Positions 1-8,468 of a stretch of DNA of 38,126 nucleotides are shown here, in pieces. The DNA comes from Gemmatimonadota bacterium (GTDB lineage Bacteria; Gemmatimonadota; Gemmatimonadetes; Gemmatimonadales; GWC2-71-9). Position 1 is the stretch's first letter, and every line of letters begins with the position of its first letter. Both the position numbers and the translations under genes were made by a program. Under the pieces are notes generated by a model that had not been told where the DNA came from, did no database searches, and saw only the letters and a program-made list of their open reading frames with translations. The stretch covers positions 1 through 38,126 of the forward strand of contig JBDHKN010000089.1 in assembly GCA_039586365.1 (NCBI GenBank), read 5' to 3'.

Positions 1-17
1 AGCCAGGAGACGTGCCT
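1..17 (+). ncRNA. 3' end (B12 box) of a cobalamin riboswitch, truncated by the window start
   Basis: AGCCAGGAGACGTGCC matches the conserved 3' B12-box (AGYCAGRAGACCTGCC) and lies directly upstream of a btuFCD-btuB operon. Confidence 0.8.
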
Positions 18-19
18 GC

Positions 20-122
20 TCGCGCCACCAACAAAGTCCCTCGTGGGGGGGGGATGGTGGAGCGCGAACTCACTTGCCAGCGAGATGTCCGCTCACATCC
101 TTCCCACCGTGGAGGAGTGAGC
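20..122 (+). promoter_or_regulatory. Riboswitch expression platform: two hairpins, the second sequestering the btuF Shine-Dalgarno
   Basis: Hairpin 20-67 (TCGCGC/GCGCGA, CCACCA/TGGTGG, TCCC/GGGA). Hairpin 91-122 (GCTCAC/GTGAGC, TCCT/AGGA) covers GGAGGA at 111-116, upstream of TTG 127. Confidence 0.6.
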
Positions 123-126
123 GTCG

Positions 127-1008
127 TTGTTTCGTAGCTTCACGACCACGGCGGTCCTGGCCGCCGTCATCGCGTCTTGCGGGAGGCCGGAAGCCCAAGA
201 TGGTGAGCAACTATTGGACGATGCGGGTCGTCCGGTGGGCCTGCACACTCCAGCGGAAAGGATCGTCTCGCTCGCACCATCGCTCACTGAGCTGCTGTTT
301 GCCCTCGGTGCTGCGGCGCAGGTAGTGGGACGAACGGACTGGGCTGACTTCCCAGCAGAGGTGGCGGGGATACGCAGTGTGGGTGACGGGCTCAGTCCCA
401 ACGTCGAGATGATCGTCTCCTGCCGTCCCGACTTGGTGCTCTTCTATGCTTCTCCTTCCAACGATGTCGCCATCGCACAACTTGAAAGGGCTGGCATCGC
501 CACGGCGAGCCTGAAGACTGACGACCTCGCTGACTTGATGCGGGCGACTCGGCTCGTGGGTCGACTGAGTGGCCATGAGGCACAGGCTGATTCCCTGGTG
601 TTATGGCTGGAGACAGAGATATCGATGCTTCGGGATTCTCGGCATCAGGGTGTCAGACGCTCGGTGCTCATCCTTGCTTGGGACAACCCGCCGATCGTAG
701 TCGGGGGTGGCAGCTTCCTGAGCGAGATCGTCGAACTCGCGGGGGCGAAGAACTTGTTCGGCGACGTAGGCCGTCCTTCGCTGACCATTAGCATCGAGGC
801 CGTCGCTGAGCGGAATCCCGATGTCGTGCTCGTCACCTCGGATTCGGGGTTACCAGGTTGGGTACAACGTCCTGAGTGGCAGTCGATACCGGCGGTACGC
901 CACCGCAGGTTTGTTGTGGTGCAGGGCAGTGAATTCAGCAGACCCTCCTATCGGGCGCCAGCGGCCGTGCGCAGATTGCGCACCGCGCTCTCTGAGTCAC
1001 AGTTGTGA
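127..1008 (+). CDS. btuF: Cobalamin ABC transporter substrate-binding lipoprotein
   Basis: Lipobox IASC, RIVSLAPSLTELLFALG and PDLVL helical-backbone receptor motifs; riboswitch and operon context. Confidence 0.85.
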   Translation: MFRSFTTTAVLAAVIASCGRPEAQDGEQLLDDAGRPVGLHTPAERIVSLAPSLTELLFALGAAAQVVGRTDWADFPAEVAGIRSVGDGLSPNVEMIVSCRPDLVLFYASPSNDVAIAQLERAGIATASLKTDDLADLMRATRLVGRLSGHEAQADSLVLWLETEISMLRDSRHQGVRRSVLILAWDNPPIVVGGGSFLSEIVELAGAKNLFGDVGRPSLTISIEAVAERNPDVVLVTSDSGLPGWVQRPEWQSIPAVRHRRFVVVQGSEFSRPSYRAPAAVRRLRTALSESQL

Positions 1009-1976
1009 TGCGCTGGCTCGGTTTGATTGCGTTAGCGCTAGTTGCTCTTGCGATAGGAGTCGCGGTGGGTCCTGCAGATCTCTCGCCGTCGACCGCTTGG
1101 GGCGGATTGTTGGGAAGAGGCGACGCAACCGCCATCACAATCGTCAGAGATCTCAGGTTACCCCGTGTCGTGCTTGCGTTCCTGGTTGGGGGCAGTCTCG
1201 CAGTCACCGGCGCTGTGCTTCAAGCTCTGGTGCGCAATCCGCTTGCCGATCCATATCTACTCGGGCTCTCCGGTGGGGCTGGTCTGGGGGCTGTTGTCGC
1301 CATCTCGTTGCGGTTGGGTGGGGCGTGGACTGTACCACTTGCAGCTCTCGTTGGCGCTTTGTTGTCGATCGCTCTTGTATACCAACTCGCGGTGGTGAGC
1401 GGTAGCGTTCTAGACACCCGTGTTCTTCTCCTCTCCGGTGTGGTAGTAGGTGCCTTCGCCGCATCCATAATGGGGGCGATCATGGCTATCTCCACGGCCC
1501 CCGAAGTTCGCAACGCGCTGCTTTGGTTGCTGGGCGGCTTCGACGCCGCGTCGTGGCGCGCATTGGGAGTTTTCGCAGCATACGCTGCTATCCCGCTGGT
1601 TGTGATTTACCGCCAGAGCCGACCACTTGACCTCATGTCGTTGGGTGAGGAGCCGGCTGGCTTTCTCGGAGCAGATGTAGAACGTCTGAAGCGAGTGTTG
1701 TTCCTGGCGGCCTCGTTACTCACGGCGGTTGCTGTTGCCGTCTCGGGTATTATCGGATTCGTTGGGCTGGTAGTTCCTCACGCCATACGGATCCTGTGGG
1801 GCCACCTGCACCGGGCTCTGCTACCCGCAGCCTTCCTGCTCGGCGGAGCCCTGCTCACCGCAGCAGATGCGCTAGCCCGGACGGCCTTCGCTCCGCTCAC
1901 ACTTCCTGTCGGTGTTGTAACAGCGCTGATTGGGGTCCCTTTGTTCGTGGTGCTGGTGAGAAGATGGGCGAAGTGA
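1005..1976 (+). CDS. btuC: FecCD/BtuC-family ABC permease
   Basis: LRLPR, RNPLADPYLLGLSGGA, GIIGFVGLVVPH and LPVGVVTALIG motifs; overlaps the btuF stop. Confidence 0.88.
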   Translation: MMRWLGLIALALVALAIGVAVGPADLSPSTAWGGLLGRGDATAITIVRDLRLPRVVLAFLVGGSLAVTGAVLQALVRNPLADPYLLGLSGGAGLGAVVAISLRLGGAWTVPLAALVGALLSIALVYQLAVVSGSVLDTRVLLLSGVVVGAFAASIMGAIMAISTAPEVRNALLWLLGGFDAASWRALGVFAAYAAIPLVVIYRQSRPLDLMSLGEEPAGFLGADVERLKRVLFLAASLLTAVAVAVSGIIGFVGLVVPHAIRILWGHLHRALLPAAFLLGGALLTAADALARTAFAPLTLPVGVVTALIGVPLFVVLVRRWAK

Positions 1977-2767
1977 TCTTCGCAGCGGACCGAATCTCGT
2001 TCCGGTATCCTGGTACCGAGGGTGTCTCCGCCGTCAACGACGTCAGTTTGTCGATTGAGGCAGGCGAGTTGACTGGAATCGTGGGGCCCAATGGAAGTGG
2101 CAAGACGACGCTGTTGCGCCTGCTATTGGGTGTGCTCGTTCCCTGCAAAGGCGAGGTAACTGCGTTCGGACGGCCAGCCTCTGGCTGGAAGCGGCGTGAG
2201 CTGGCCCGAATGATCGGTGTTGTTTCGCAGCGAGAAGAGCCGGCTTTTCCGCTCAGAGTGAGACAAGCCGTACTCTTCGGCCGATATGCCCACCTTGGGC
2301 CTCTGGGCTCACCGGGTGAGGCCGATAATGCCGCTGTTGAGCGAGCACTTGACCGATGTGACGTACGCCACCTCGCCGACAGGTGGGTAGAGACGCTGTC
2401 GGGTGGGGAATGGCAACGGGTGCGAATCGCTCGCGCGCTGGCCCAGGAGCCTCGAGCACTCGCGCTGGATGAGGCTACAGCGAATCTCGACATCCGTCAT
2501 GAGATGGAGTTGTTCGAACTAACCTCTCAGTTGGTCAACGAAGGTCGGTTTGCAGGAGTCCTTGTCACCCATCAGGTCAATCTCGCAGCGCGGTTTGCCG
2601 ACCGACTGGTCGTGATGGATCAGGGAACCGCCTGCGCAATTGGCCGACCGAACGAAGTGCTGACTAGAGACGTGCTGGAAAGAGTCTTTCATTGGCCAGT
2701 CACCATGACTGAATGGCGTGGATGGCCGCAGTTCATTCCCCTGAGAAAAGACGAGTTTGAACGGTGA
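1964..2767 (+). CDS. btuD: ABC transporter ATP-binding protein (BtuD/FepC-like)
   Basis: Walker A GPNGSGKT, signature LSGGE, Walker B LALDE and H-loop VTH. Start placed at ATG 1964 (or GTG 1973), overlapping the btuC end, not at 1796. Confidence 0.85.
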   Translation: MGEVIFAADRISFRYPGTEGVSAVNDVSLSIEAGELTGIVGPNGSGKTTLLRLLLGVLVPCKGEVTAFGRPASGWKRRELARMIGVVSQREEPAFPLRVRQAVLFGRYAHLGPLGSPGEADNAAVERALDRCDVRHLADRWVETLSGGEWQRVRIARALAQEPRALALDEATANLDIRHEMELFELTSQLVNEGRFAGVLVTHQVNLAARFADRLVVMDQGTACAIGRPNEVLTRDVLERVFHWPVTMTEWRGWPQFIPLRKDEFER

Positions 2768-2865
2768 TATGTTGTGCGAACCCGACTCGACTGTCGCGTG
2801 AGGACCACACACGCTTTGGTAGCAACCACAGGTCCCCTCTCGCGGTGGGTGTGGAGACACCTGAC

Positions 2866-4863
2866 ATGGAAGGCGGCAAGAAAAGTCTGATTGGGATGCA
2901 TGTGGCGCTTCCCTCAGCAGCGCTGCTGGTAGCGCTGAGTTTTGCTAACCCGATTCTTGAAGGCCAAGTACAACCTGACACGACGGTACTCGAGCCGGTT
3001 GTCGTGACGGCGACCCGGCTGGCGCTGCCCCTCTCTTCGATCCCGGCTACGGTCTCAGTCCTCGACGGAGCCGAACTGGACGCGCGTGGAGTTCGCACGG
3101 TCGCGCAGGCGCTCAGGACCATACCGGGCCTCAGCGTTGTCGAGACCGGCTCGTACGGTAGTGCGACATCGGTATTCGTCCGGGGTGGGGAAAGCGACCA
3201 TGTCAAGGTCTTGGTCGATGGCGTGCCGCTGAACAGTCCTGGGGGGAGCATTGACTTTGCAAACTTGACGATCGACAACGTTGAGCGAATTGAAGTAGTC
3301 CGCGGAGCCACAAGTGTCCTCTACGGGTCCGACGCTGTAGCGGGCGTGGTCCAGATCTTCACTCGCAGGGGGAAAGGATCACCCAAGCTCGCAGTGGGCC
3401 TACGTGGAGGGACCTACGCGTCGCTCATGTTAGATGCCAGTCTCTCGGGTGCAACTCGTGCCATGCAATACGGCTTCGGTTTTTCGCGGTCCACCACGAA
3501 TGGTGTGCATGAGTTCAATAGTGAGTATGAGAACTTGGTGCTGAGCGGATCCGTATCGGCGCAACCAGATAGGAGCACCGATGCCGTACTGTCTGCTCGG
3601 TTCAGTGACAGCGAGTTCCATTTCCCAACGGATGAGTCCGGTAACGTCGTGGATCGTAACTCGTTTCAGTTGCAGCAACGAGTCGTGGCCTCACTCGACA
3701 TTGGCAGGTCGTTCGGTGATTGGCTCGAAGGGAGGGTCCTGCTCGCATTGAATCATGTGGACGCCGGGATGGACGATGAGCAAGATGACGCGTCGGACAC
3801 ACTCGGCTTTTTTGCCTTCGGCAGCGAGGCAGCAGTGGAGCGAAAGTCAGTCGATGTGAGATCAAATGTTCACTTACTCAACATGATTCTCACGGCTGGT
3901 GTGCAGATAGAGAACCAGAGCGAACGGAGCACGAGTGAGTCCGTCGGACAGTACGGCGTCTTCGCCGATTCCATCAATGTAGGGCGCTCGAGCTGGGGGT
4001 ACTACGCACAGGTCCAAACGGAAGCTATCGAAGGTGTGACGGTCAATGCAGGAATGCGACTAGACGATAGCGATACCTTTGGGGCGTTTGTGACGTACAG
4101 GGTGGGGGTGGCGGCAGCGTTTGCCTCGGGCAGCCGGCTTCGTGGGTCGGTAGGCAAGGCGTTCAAGGAGCCGACGATATATGAGAACTTCGCGACGAGT
4201 CCCTTCGCCGTAGGCAATCCCGACCTGGAGCCCGAGAGGTCGAGATCTTGGGAACTGGGTATCGAGCAGGTCCTGATACCTGGCCGTGTAAGGTTGGCTG
4301 CCACCTACTTCAATCAGCGGTTCGAAGACCTGATACAGTACAACGTCCTGCCAGCCAATGCCGGTGAGCCGAACTACGTGAACGTGGCCGCAGCCAAGGC
4401 TTCGGGTCTCGAACTGGAGGCTCGCACTTTCTTGCTGCCTCGAGTCACGCTGGGTGGTAGGTACAGCCTGGTGCGTACTGAGGTCACAGATGCAGGCCTG
4501 GATACCGGACCGGACGCGGGATTCGTGCAGGGCGAACGCCTGCTCCGCCGACCCACGCACCAGCTGGGTCTGGATGCGCTTCTCGGGTATGAGGAGCGTG
4601 GATCGCTGGCGCTGCATATCGACTATGTCGGGAGCAGGGACGACCGTGACTTCTCTGGAATCCCAGCACGAAGGATCGAGTTGTCTGACTATCTCAAGAT
4701 CGATGCTGCAGGTGAGTTCACTGTGACAAGGAGCAGTGGAGCGAGACCGAGCGTGACCTTGTCCGCTCGGCTGGAGAACGTACTGAATATCGCTTATCAA
4801 GAAGCGGTTGGCTTCCCCACTCGCGGCCGGACGGTCACGGTCGGAGTGCGGTTCGGAACCTGA
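2866..4863 (+). CDS. btuB: TonB-dependent cobalamin receptor
   Basis: Signal peptide, TonB box-like VVVTATR, plug motifs (VLVDGVPLN, IEVVRG...LYGSDAVAGVV) and GNPDLEPE. GGAG precedes ATG 2866; B12 operon context. Confidence 0.82.
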   Translation: MEGGKKSLIGMHVALPSAALLVALSFANPILEGQVQPDTTVLEPVVVTATRLALPLSSIPATVSVLDGAELDARGVRTVAQALRTIPGLSVVETGSYGSATSVFVRGGESDHVKVLVDGVPLNSPGGSIDFANLTIDNVERIEVVRGATSVLYGSDAVAGVVQIFTRRGKGSPKLAVGLRGGTYASLMLDASLSGATRAMQYGFGFSRSTTNGVHEFNSEYENLVLSGSVSAQPDRSTDAVLSARFSDSEFHFPTDESGNVVDRNSFQLQQRVVASLDIGRSFGDWLEGRVLLALNHVDAGMDDEQDDASDTLGFFAFGSEAAVERKSVDVRSNVHLLNMILTAGVQIENQSERSTSESVGQYGVFADSINVGRSSWGYYAQVQTEAIEGVTVNAGMRLDDSDTFGAFVTYRVGVAAAFASGSRLRGSVGKAFKEPTIYENFATSPFAVGNPDLEPERSRSWELGIEQVLIPGRVRLAATYFNQRFEDLIQYNVLPANAGEPNYVNVAAAKASGLELEARTFLLPRVTLGGRYSLVRTEVTDAGLDTGPDAGFVQGERLLRRPTHQLGLDALLGYEERGSLALHIDYVGSRDDRDFSGIPARRIELSDYLKIDAAGEFTVTRSSGARPSVTLSARLENVLNIAYQEAVGFPTRGRTVTVGVRFGT

Positions 4864-4982
4864 GCGCGCAGCAACGGGAGCTGACCGGTAGCGGAGCGCG
4901 ACAACGTCATCAATCCCACGTACCGCCATATCCTGCGTAACCCGGAGCTGTCGCGCGGTCACTCTGTACCTATCTTTCGCAC

Positions 4983-5747
4983 ATGACTATCGTTGCTACG
5001 CCGGCAGTAGTACTGCACTCTTTCAAGTACAGCGAGTCTTCCAAGATTGTTCGCCTTGCGACGAGGGATCTGGGCGTGCAGAGCGCGATCGCCAAGGGAG
5101 CGTCCAAGGTCAAGAGCAAGTTCGGGGCTAGGCTCCAACTGCTGAGCGAAGGGGTGGCCCAACTCCACATGCGATCGAACCGCGACTTACAGACGCTCGC
5201 CGAGTTCGACGTCACGAAGCAGCGTCCGGGATTGACGAAGGACATTGCCCGTTACGCCGCGGCTGCTGCTTTGGGGGAGCTCGTACTGAGAGTCGCACCG
5301 GCCGAACCGAACGCTCAGATCTACGATTGTCTCGTCAGTGAATTGGATCATCTGGCAAGTGCGGCCGATGATCGGGTCGACGCTGTTGGAATCGCTGCCA
5401 TGTGGCGCGCAGTTAGCGTCCTCGGTTTTGCCCCGGCGATCCACGACTGCGCAAGGGACGGACGTCACGTTCCCTCTGGGGCAGCGACGTTTTCTATTGT
5501 GGACGGTGGCTTTCTCTGTGCCTCGTGTGCCGCGGATTCACACGGACCCACACTGCACTCAGAGGATCGGGCGGCACTTGAGAGGCTAGTCCAGGGTGAC
5601 ACGGAGTCACTACCACCCATTCCGCCCCGACATGCTGCGGCACACCGGCGACTGCTCGCTCGGTTCGTTCAGCGACATGCCAGCGAGGACCAACAGCTCA
5701 ATGCACTGACGTTTTGGGAGACATTGCCGTGGAACGTCACGTCGTAG
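4983..5747 (+). CDS. recO: DNA repair protein RecO
   Basis: N-terminal OB fold (VLHSFKYSESSKIVRLATRDLG...AKGA...SKFGARLQ) and C-terminal zinc-finger-like CARDG...GGFLCASC. Confidence 0.92.
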   Translation: MTIVATPAVVLHSFKYSESSKIVRLATRDLGVQSAIAKGASKVKSKFGARLQLLSEGVAQLHMRSNRDLQTLAEFDVTKQRPGLTKDIARYAAAAALGELVLRVAPAEPNAQIYDCLVSELDHLASAADDRVDAVGIAAMWRAVSVLGFAPAIHDCARDGRHVPSGAATFSIVDGGFLCASCAADSHGPTLHSEDRAALERLVQGDTESLPPIPPRHAAAHRRLLARFVQRHASEDQQLNALTFWETLPWNVTS

Positions 5748-7624
5748 TTGGGACCGCTGGGCATGTCGATCACGGCAAGACCTCGTTGGTGAAGGCTCTC
5801 ACGGGTACAGATACGGATCGCTGGGAAGAAGAAAAGCGGCGCGGCATCACTATCGATCTTGGCTTCGCGGTTCTGGAGTTGGGATCTGGGTTGACGGCCA
5901 GCATTGTCGACGTACCGGGGCACGAGGACTTTGTCCGCAACATGGTGGCGGGCGCGACGGGGATAGACCTAGCTTTGCTGGTAGTTGCGGCGGACGAGGG
6001 TGTGATGCCACAGACCTCAGAACACCTCGCCATCCTGGAGTTTCTAGGGGTGAAGGCCGGTGTTGTTGCCATCACTAAATGTGATCTGGCTGATAGTGAA
6101 TGGCTGGAATTGGTGAAGGAAGACCTGGTTGAACGGCTCACCGGATCTGCTGTGGCTTGGCAGAGTGTTGTTGTGTGCTCCGTGATCGATGGCCGCGGTA
6201 TCGATGAGTTGCGAGACACTCTGTCATCTGTTGCCGGATCGATCGCTGTCCGATCCCGAGAGGACCTGTTTCGGCTGCCTGTGGACCGCATATTCAGTGT
6301 GGCCGGGGCCGGAACTGTGGTGACCGGGACCACATGGAGTGGTACCGCTCGGGTGGGAGACGAAGTCCGGGTGCTGCCTGGCGATCATCGGGCGCGCGTC
6401 CGAGGGATTGAGGTGCACGGCCACGCCTACGATGCCGCTGTGCCCGGTCGTCGCACCGCTCTGGCACTCGCCGGGATCGGACGCCGCGACATTGCGCGTG
6501 GTCACGTGGTTGTTGCCGGCGACCACTGGCGCGAGAGTCACTCAGTCGACGTGATCATCACTTTGCTCCCCGCATCACGGCCGATCACCCAACGGTCGAG
6601 AGTACGATTTCACGTCGGGACAGCAGAAGCTCTCGCACGGGTGACACCGGTCCACTCGGAGATCGAACCGGGGTCCGTAGGGAAGGCGCGATTGAGGTTG
6701 GAGACACCCTTGGTGTGTCGCTGGGGTGATCGCGCAGTGATTAGATCTTATTCTCCTGTGACCACTATCGGCGGATGCGTGGTGGTTGATCCTTGGCCGC
6801 CGAGTCGGCCACGCAGACCCGTGCGCCTGGACGAGAAGGCAGCACTGGACCCCACAGTCCGCCTGAAGGCGTTCGTCGATGTAGCCGCTGAAGTTGGGGT
6901 GTCTCCGGACGAGCTGCCCGTCAGGCTCGGAGTTGTCCCCGGTGAAGTGGCGAGAGTTATCAAATCGGCCGCCGACGTCATCCCAACGAGTCCGCGTCTC
7001 TTGGCTCGGCGGGTGATTGATGCGGCGCGCGACGCAACATTTGGGGCCTTAGCGGATTATCACCGGAAGAAACCCCTAGATCCGGGGATGCCCCGCGAGT
7101 TGCTGCGCCAAGTCGTGCGGGACGAAAGTCTTGCCGAATACGTGCAACAATCTCTGAACGAAGCAGGGCAAGTCACTATTGAGGGCCAGACCGTCCGATC
7201 GGCCGGTCATCGACCCACCCTGACCGATGAGCAAGCTGAAGCTGGCCGGAGGGCGCTGGCAGAGCTCAGGACTGCTGGTGCGCTTGGCAGATCGGTGGCT
7301 GAATTGGGGGGCACACTACCGGCGATCGCAGACCGGGACCTGCTGGAGTTCTATGTGCGGCAGGGAGCTATCGTCAGGGTGGGTAAGGACCGATACTATG
7401 ACAAGACAGCTCTGGACCAAATAATGCTACGGATTCTGCAGGAGATTGATCGACTGGACCGAGCGTCGCCGGGGCAGCTACGAGCGAAGACCGGACTTAC
7501 TCGCAAATACCTGATACCGCTGTTGGAGTGGATGGACGTTCATTCACTTACGCAGCGAGACGGTGACACCAGAGGCCTTGGACCGGCTGCCGTCCAGTTT
7601 CTCAACCAGGTTGACAGTAGTTGA
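5729..7624 (+). CDS. selB: Selenocysteine-specific elongation factor SelB
   Basis: GTAGHVDHGKT, EEKRRGITIDLGF, DVPGHEDF, MPQTSEH and C-terminal winged helices ending TRKYLIPLLEWMD. Likely start GTG 5729 after GGAG. Confidence 0.95.
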   Translation: MERHVVVGTAGHVDHGKTSLVKALTGTDTDRWEEEKRRGITIDLGFAVLELGSGLTASIVDVPGHEDFVRNMVAGATGIDLALLVVAADEGVMPQTSEHLAILEFLGVKAGVVAITKCDLADSEWLELVKEDLVERLTGSAVAWQSVVVCSVIDGRGIDELRDTLSSVAGSIAVRSREDLFRLPVDRIFSVAGAGTVVTGTTWSGTARVGDEVRVLPGDHRARVRGIEVHGHAYDAAVPGRRTALALAGIGRRDIARGHVVVAGDHWRESHSVDVIITLLPASRPITQRSRVRFHVGTAEALARVTPVHSEIEPGSVGKARLRLETPLVCRWGDRAVIRSYSPVTTIGGCVVVDPWPPSRPRRPVRLDEKAALDPTVRLKAFVDVAAEVGVSPDELPVRLGVVPGEVARVIKSAADVIPTSPRLLARRVIDAARDATFGALADYHRKKPLDPGMPRELLRQVVRDESLAEYVQQSLNEAGQVTIEGQTVRSAGHRPTLTDEQAEAGRRALAELRTAGALGRSVAELGGTLPAIADRDLLEFYVRQGAIVRVGKDRYYDKTALDQIMLRILQEIDRLDRASPGQLRAKTGLTRKYLIPLLEWMDVHSLTQRDGDTRGLGPAAVQFLNQVDSS

Positions 7625-7640
7625 TATCACAGCGTAATTT
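7611..7640 (+). promoter_or_regulatory. Putative sigma70 promoter for the downstream secreted-protein gene
   Basis: TTGACA-N18-TAATTT overlapping the selB stop. Confidence 0.4.
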
Positions 7641-7719
7641 TCGCAGTGATGGAGGATTACGCGCTTTAGACACTGAAGGAGTAGCCATAGACACCTTTGT
7701 TGTGAGAGGGGTTGAAAAA

Positions 7720-8145
7720 ATGAAGCACCTGGCCTGGGCGTCTCTGTCGCTCGGGCTCCTGTTGGTCGCGCCCTCCGTAATGGAGGCTCAGCAGGTAAAG
7801 CCGACCGAAGCGGTGCGGCTAGGCAGGAATTACCCGAATCCGTTTAATCCGGAGACCACGATTCCCTTCGAGCTGGATCAGTCCCTCTTCGAGAGCGGAC
7901 GACAGCCCACCGTGAGTCTCAGGATCTATAACGTGCTGGCGCAGCTGGTTGCCATCCCGATCCTGCAGGGTTCGGGTGAGCCGCTGGATAACGTCAAGCT
8001 CGAATGGAATGGCACGGGGCAATTCTCGGCGTATTGGGACGGCAAGATCCGCGACACGTCCCGAGAGGCCCCGTCAGGGGTGTACGTTTACCAGCTGTTG
8101 GTTGACGGACAGTCGCACACCGAGCGTATGACGATCATAAAGTAG
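7720..8145 (+). CDS. Secreted protein consisting of a single FlgD-Ig / T9SS type-A sorting-like domain
   Basis: Signal peptide MKHLAWASLSLGLLLVAPSVMEA, then NYPNPFNPETTI...LRIYNVLAQLV...WDG...PSGVYVYQL...MTIIK. GAGGGG precedes ATG 7720. Confidence 0.75.
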   Translation: MKHLAWASLSLGLLLVAPSVMEAQQVKPTEAVRLGRNYPNPFNPETTIPFELDQSLFESGRQPTVSLRIYNVLAQLVAIPILQGSGEPLDNVKLEWNGTGQFSAYWDGKIRDTSREAPSGVYVYQLLVDGQSHTERMTIIK

Positions 8146-8237
8146 CCGCCCAGAAAACCGAGTTCGATGTGGCGCCGCCACATGCGAAAGGTCCTGAGGA
8201 CGGTTAGCCCAAAAGACAGTATGCCTAATTGATCAGT

Positions 8238-8274
8238 GGCGCGTTGGCAGATTGGCCAGCGCGCCTGTCTTTTT
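8238..8274 (+). terminator. Putative intrinsic terminator
   Basis: GGCGCGTTGGC-agattg-GCCAGCGCGCC (one G-U pair) followed by TGTCTTTTT. Confidence 0.5.
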
Positions 8275-8468
8275 GGCTGAAATGCGCCAGATTTGCAGTA
8301 ATTGGTCGGCATGTGTGTTGCGGGCCTGTCAGTTGTGTTCCATGGTCGCGACGGATTCCAATTGAGGTGAGAGTCCTGCTGATCCGGGCTTCTGGGATCG
8401 GACCTTGGAATTGCTGCAGCAGTGCGTACTGTCGTGTTGCAGGGGATTGAATTGACGGACGGAGACAC

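Noticed and set aside
4060..4962. Long antisense ORFs (for example 4060-4962, 8783-9598, 26967-27629)
   Set aside because: Shadow ORFs of well-supported genes in GC-rich DNA, with no recognisable motifs.
8146..8468. CIRCE, sigma54 or other heat-shock element upstream of clpB
   Set aside because: No TTAGCACTC-N9-GAGTGCTAA and no convincing TGGCAC-N5-TTGC. The GxCAGATT repeats are too weak to call.
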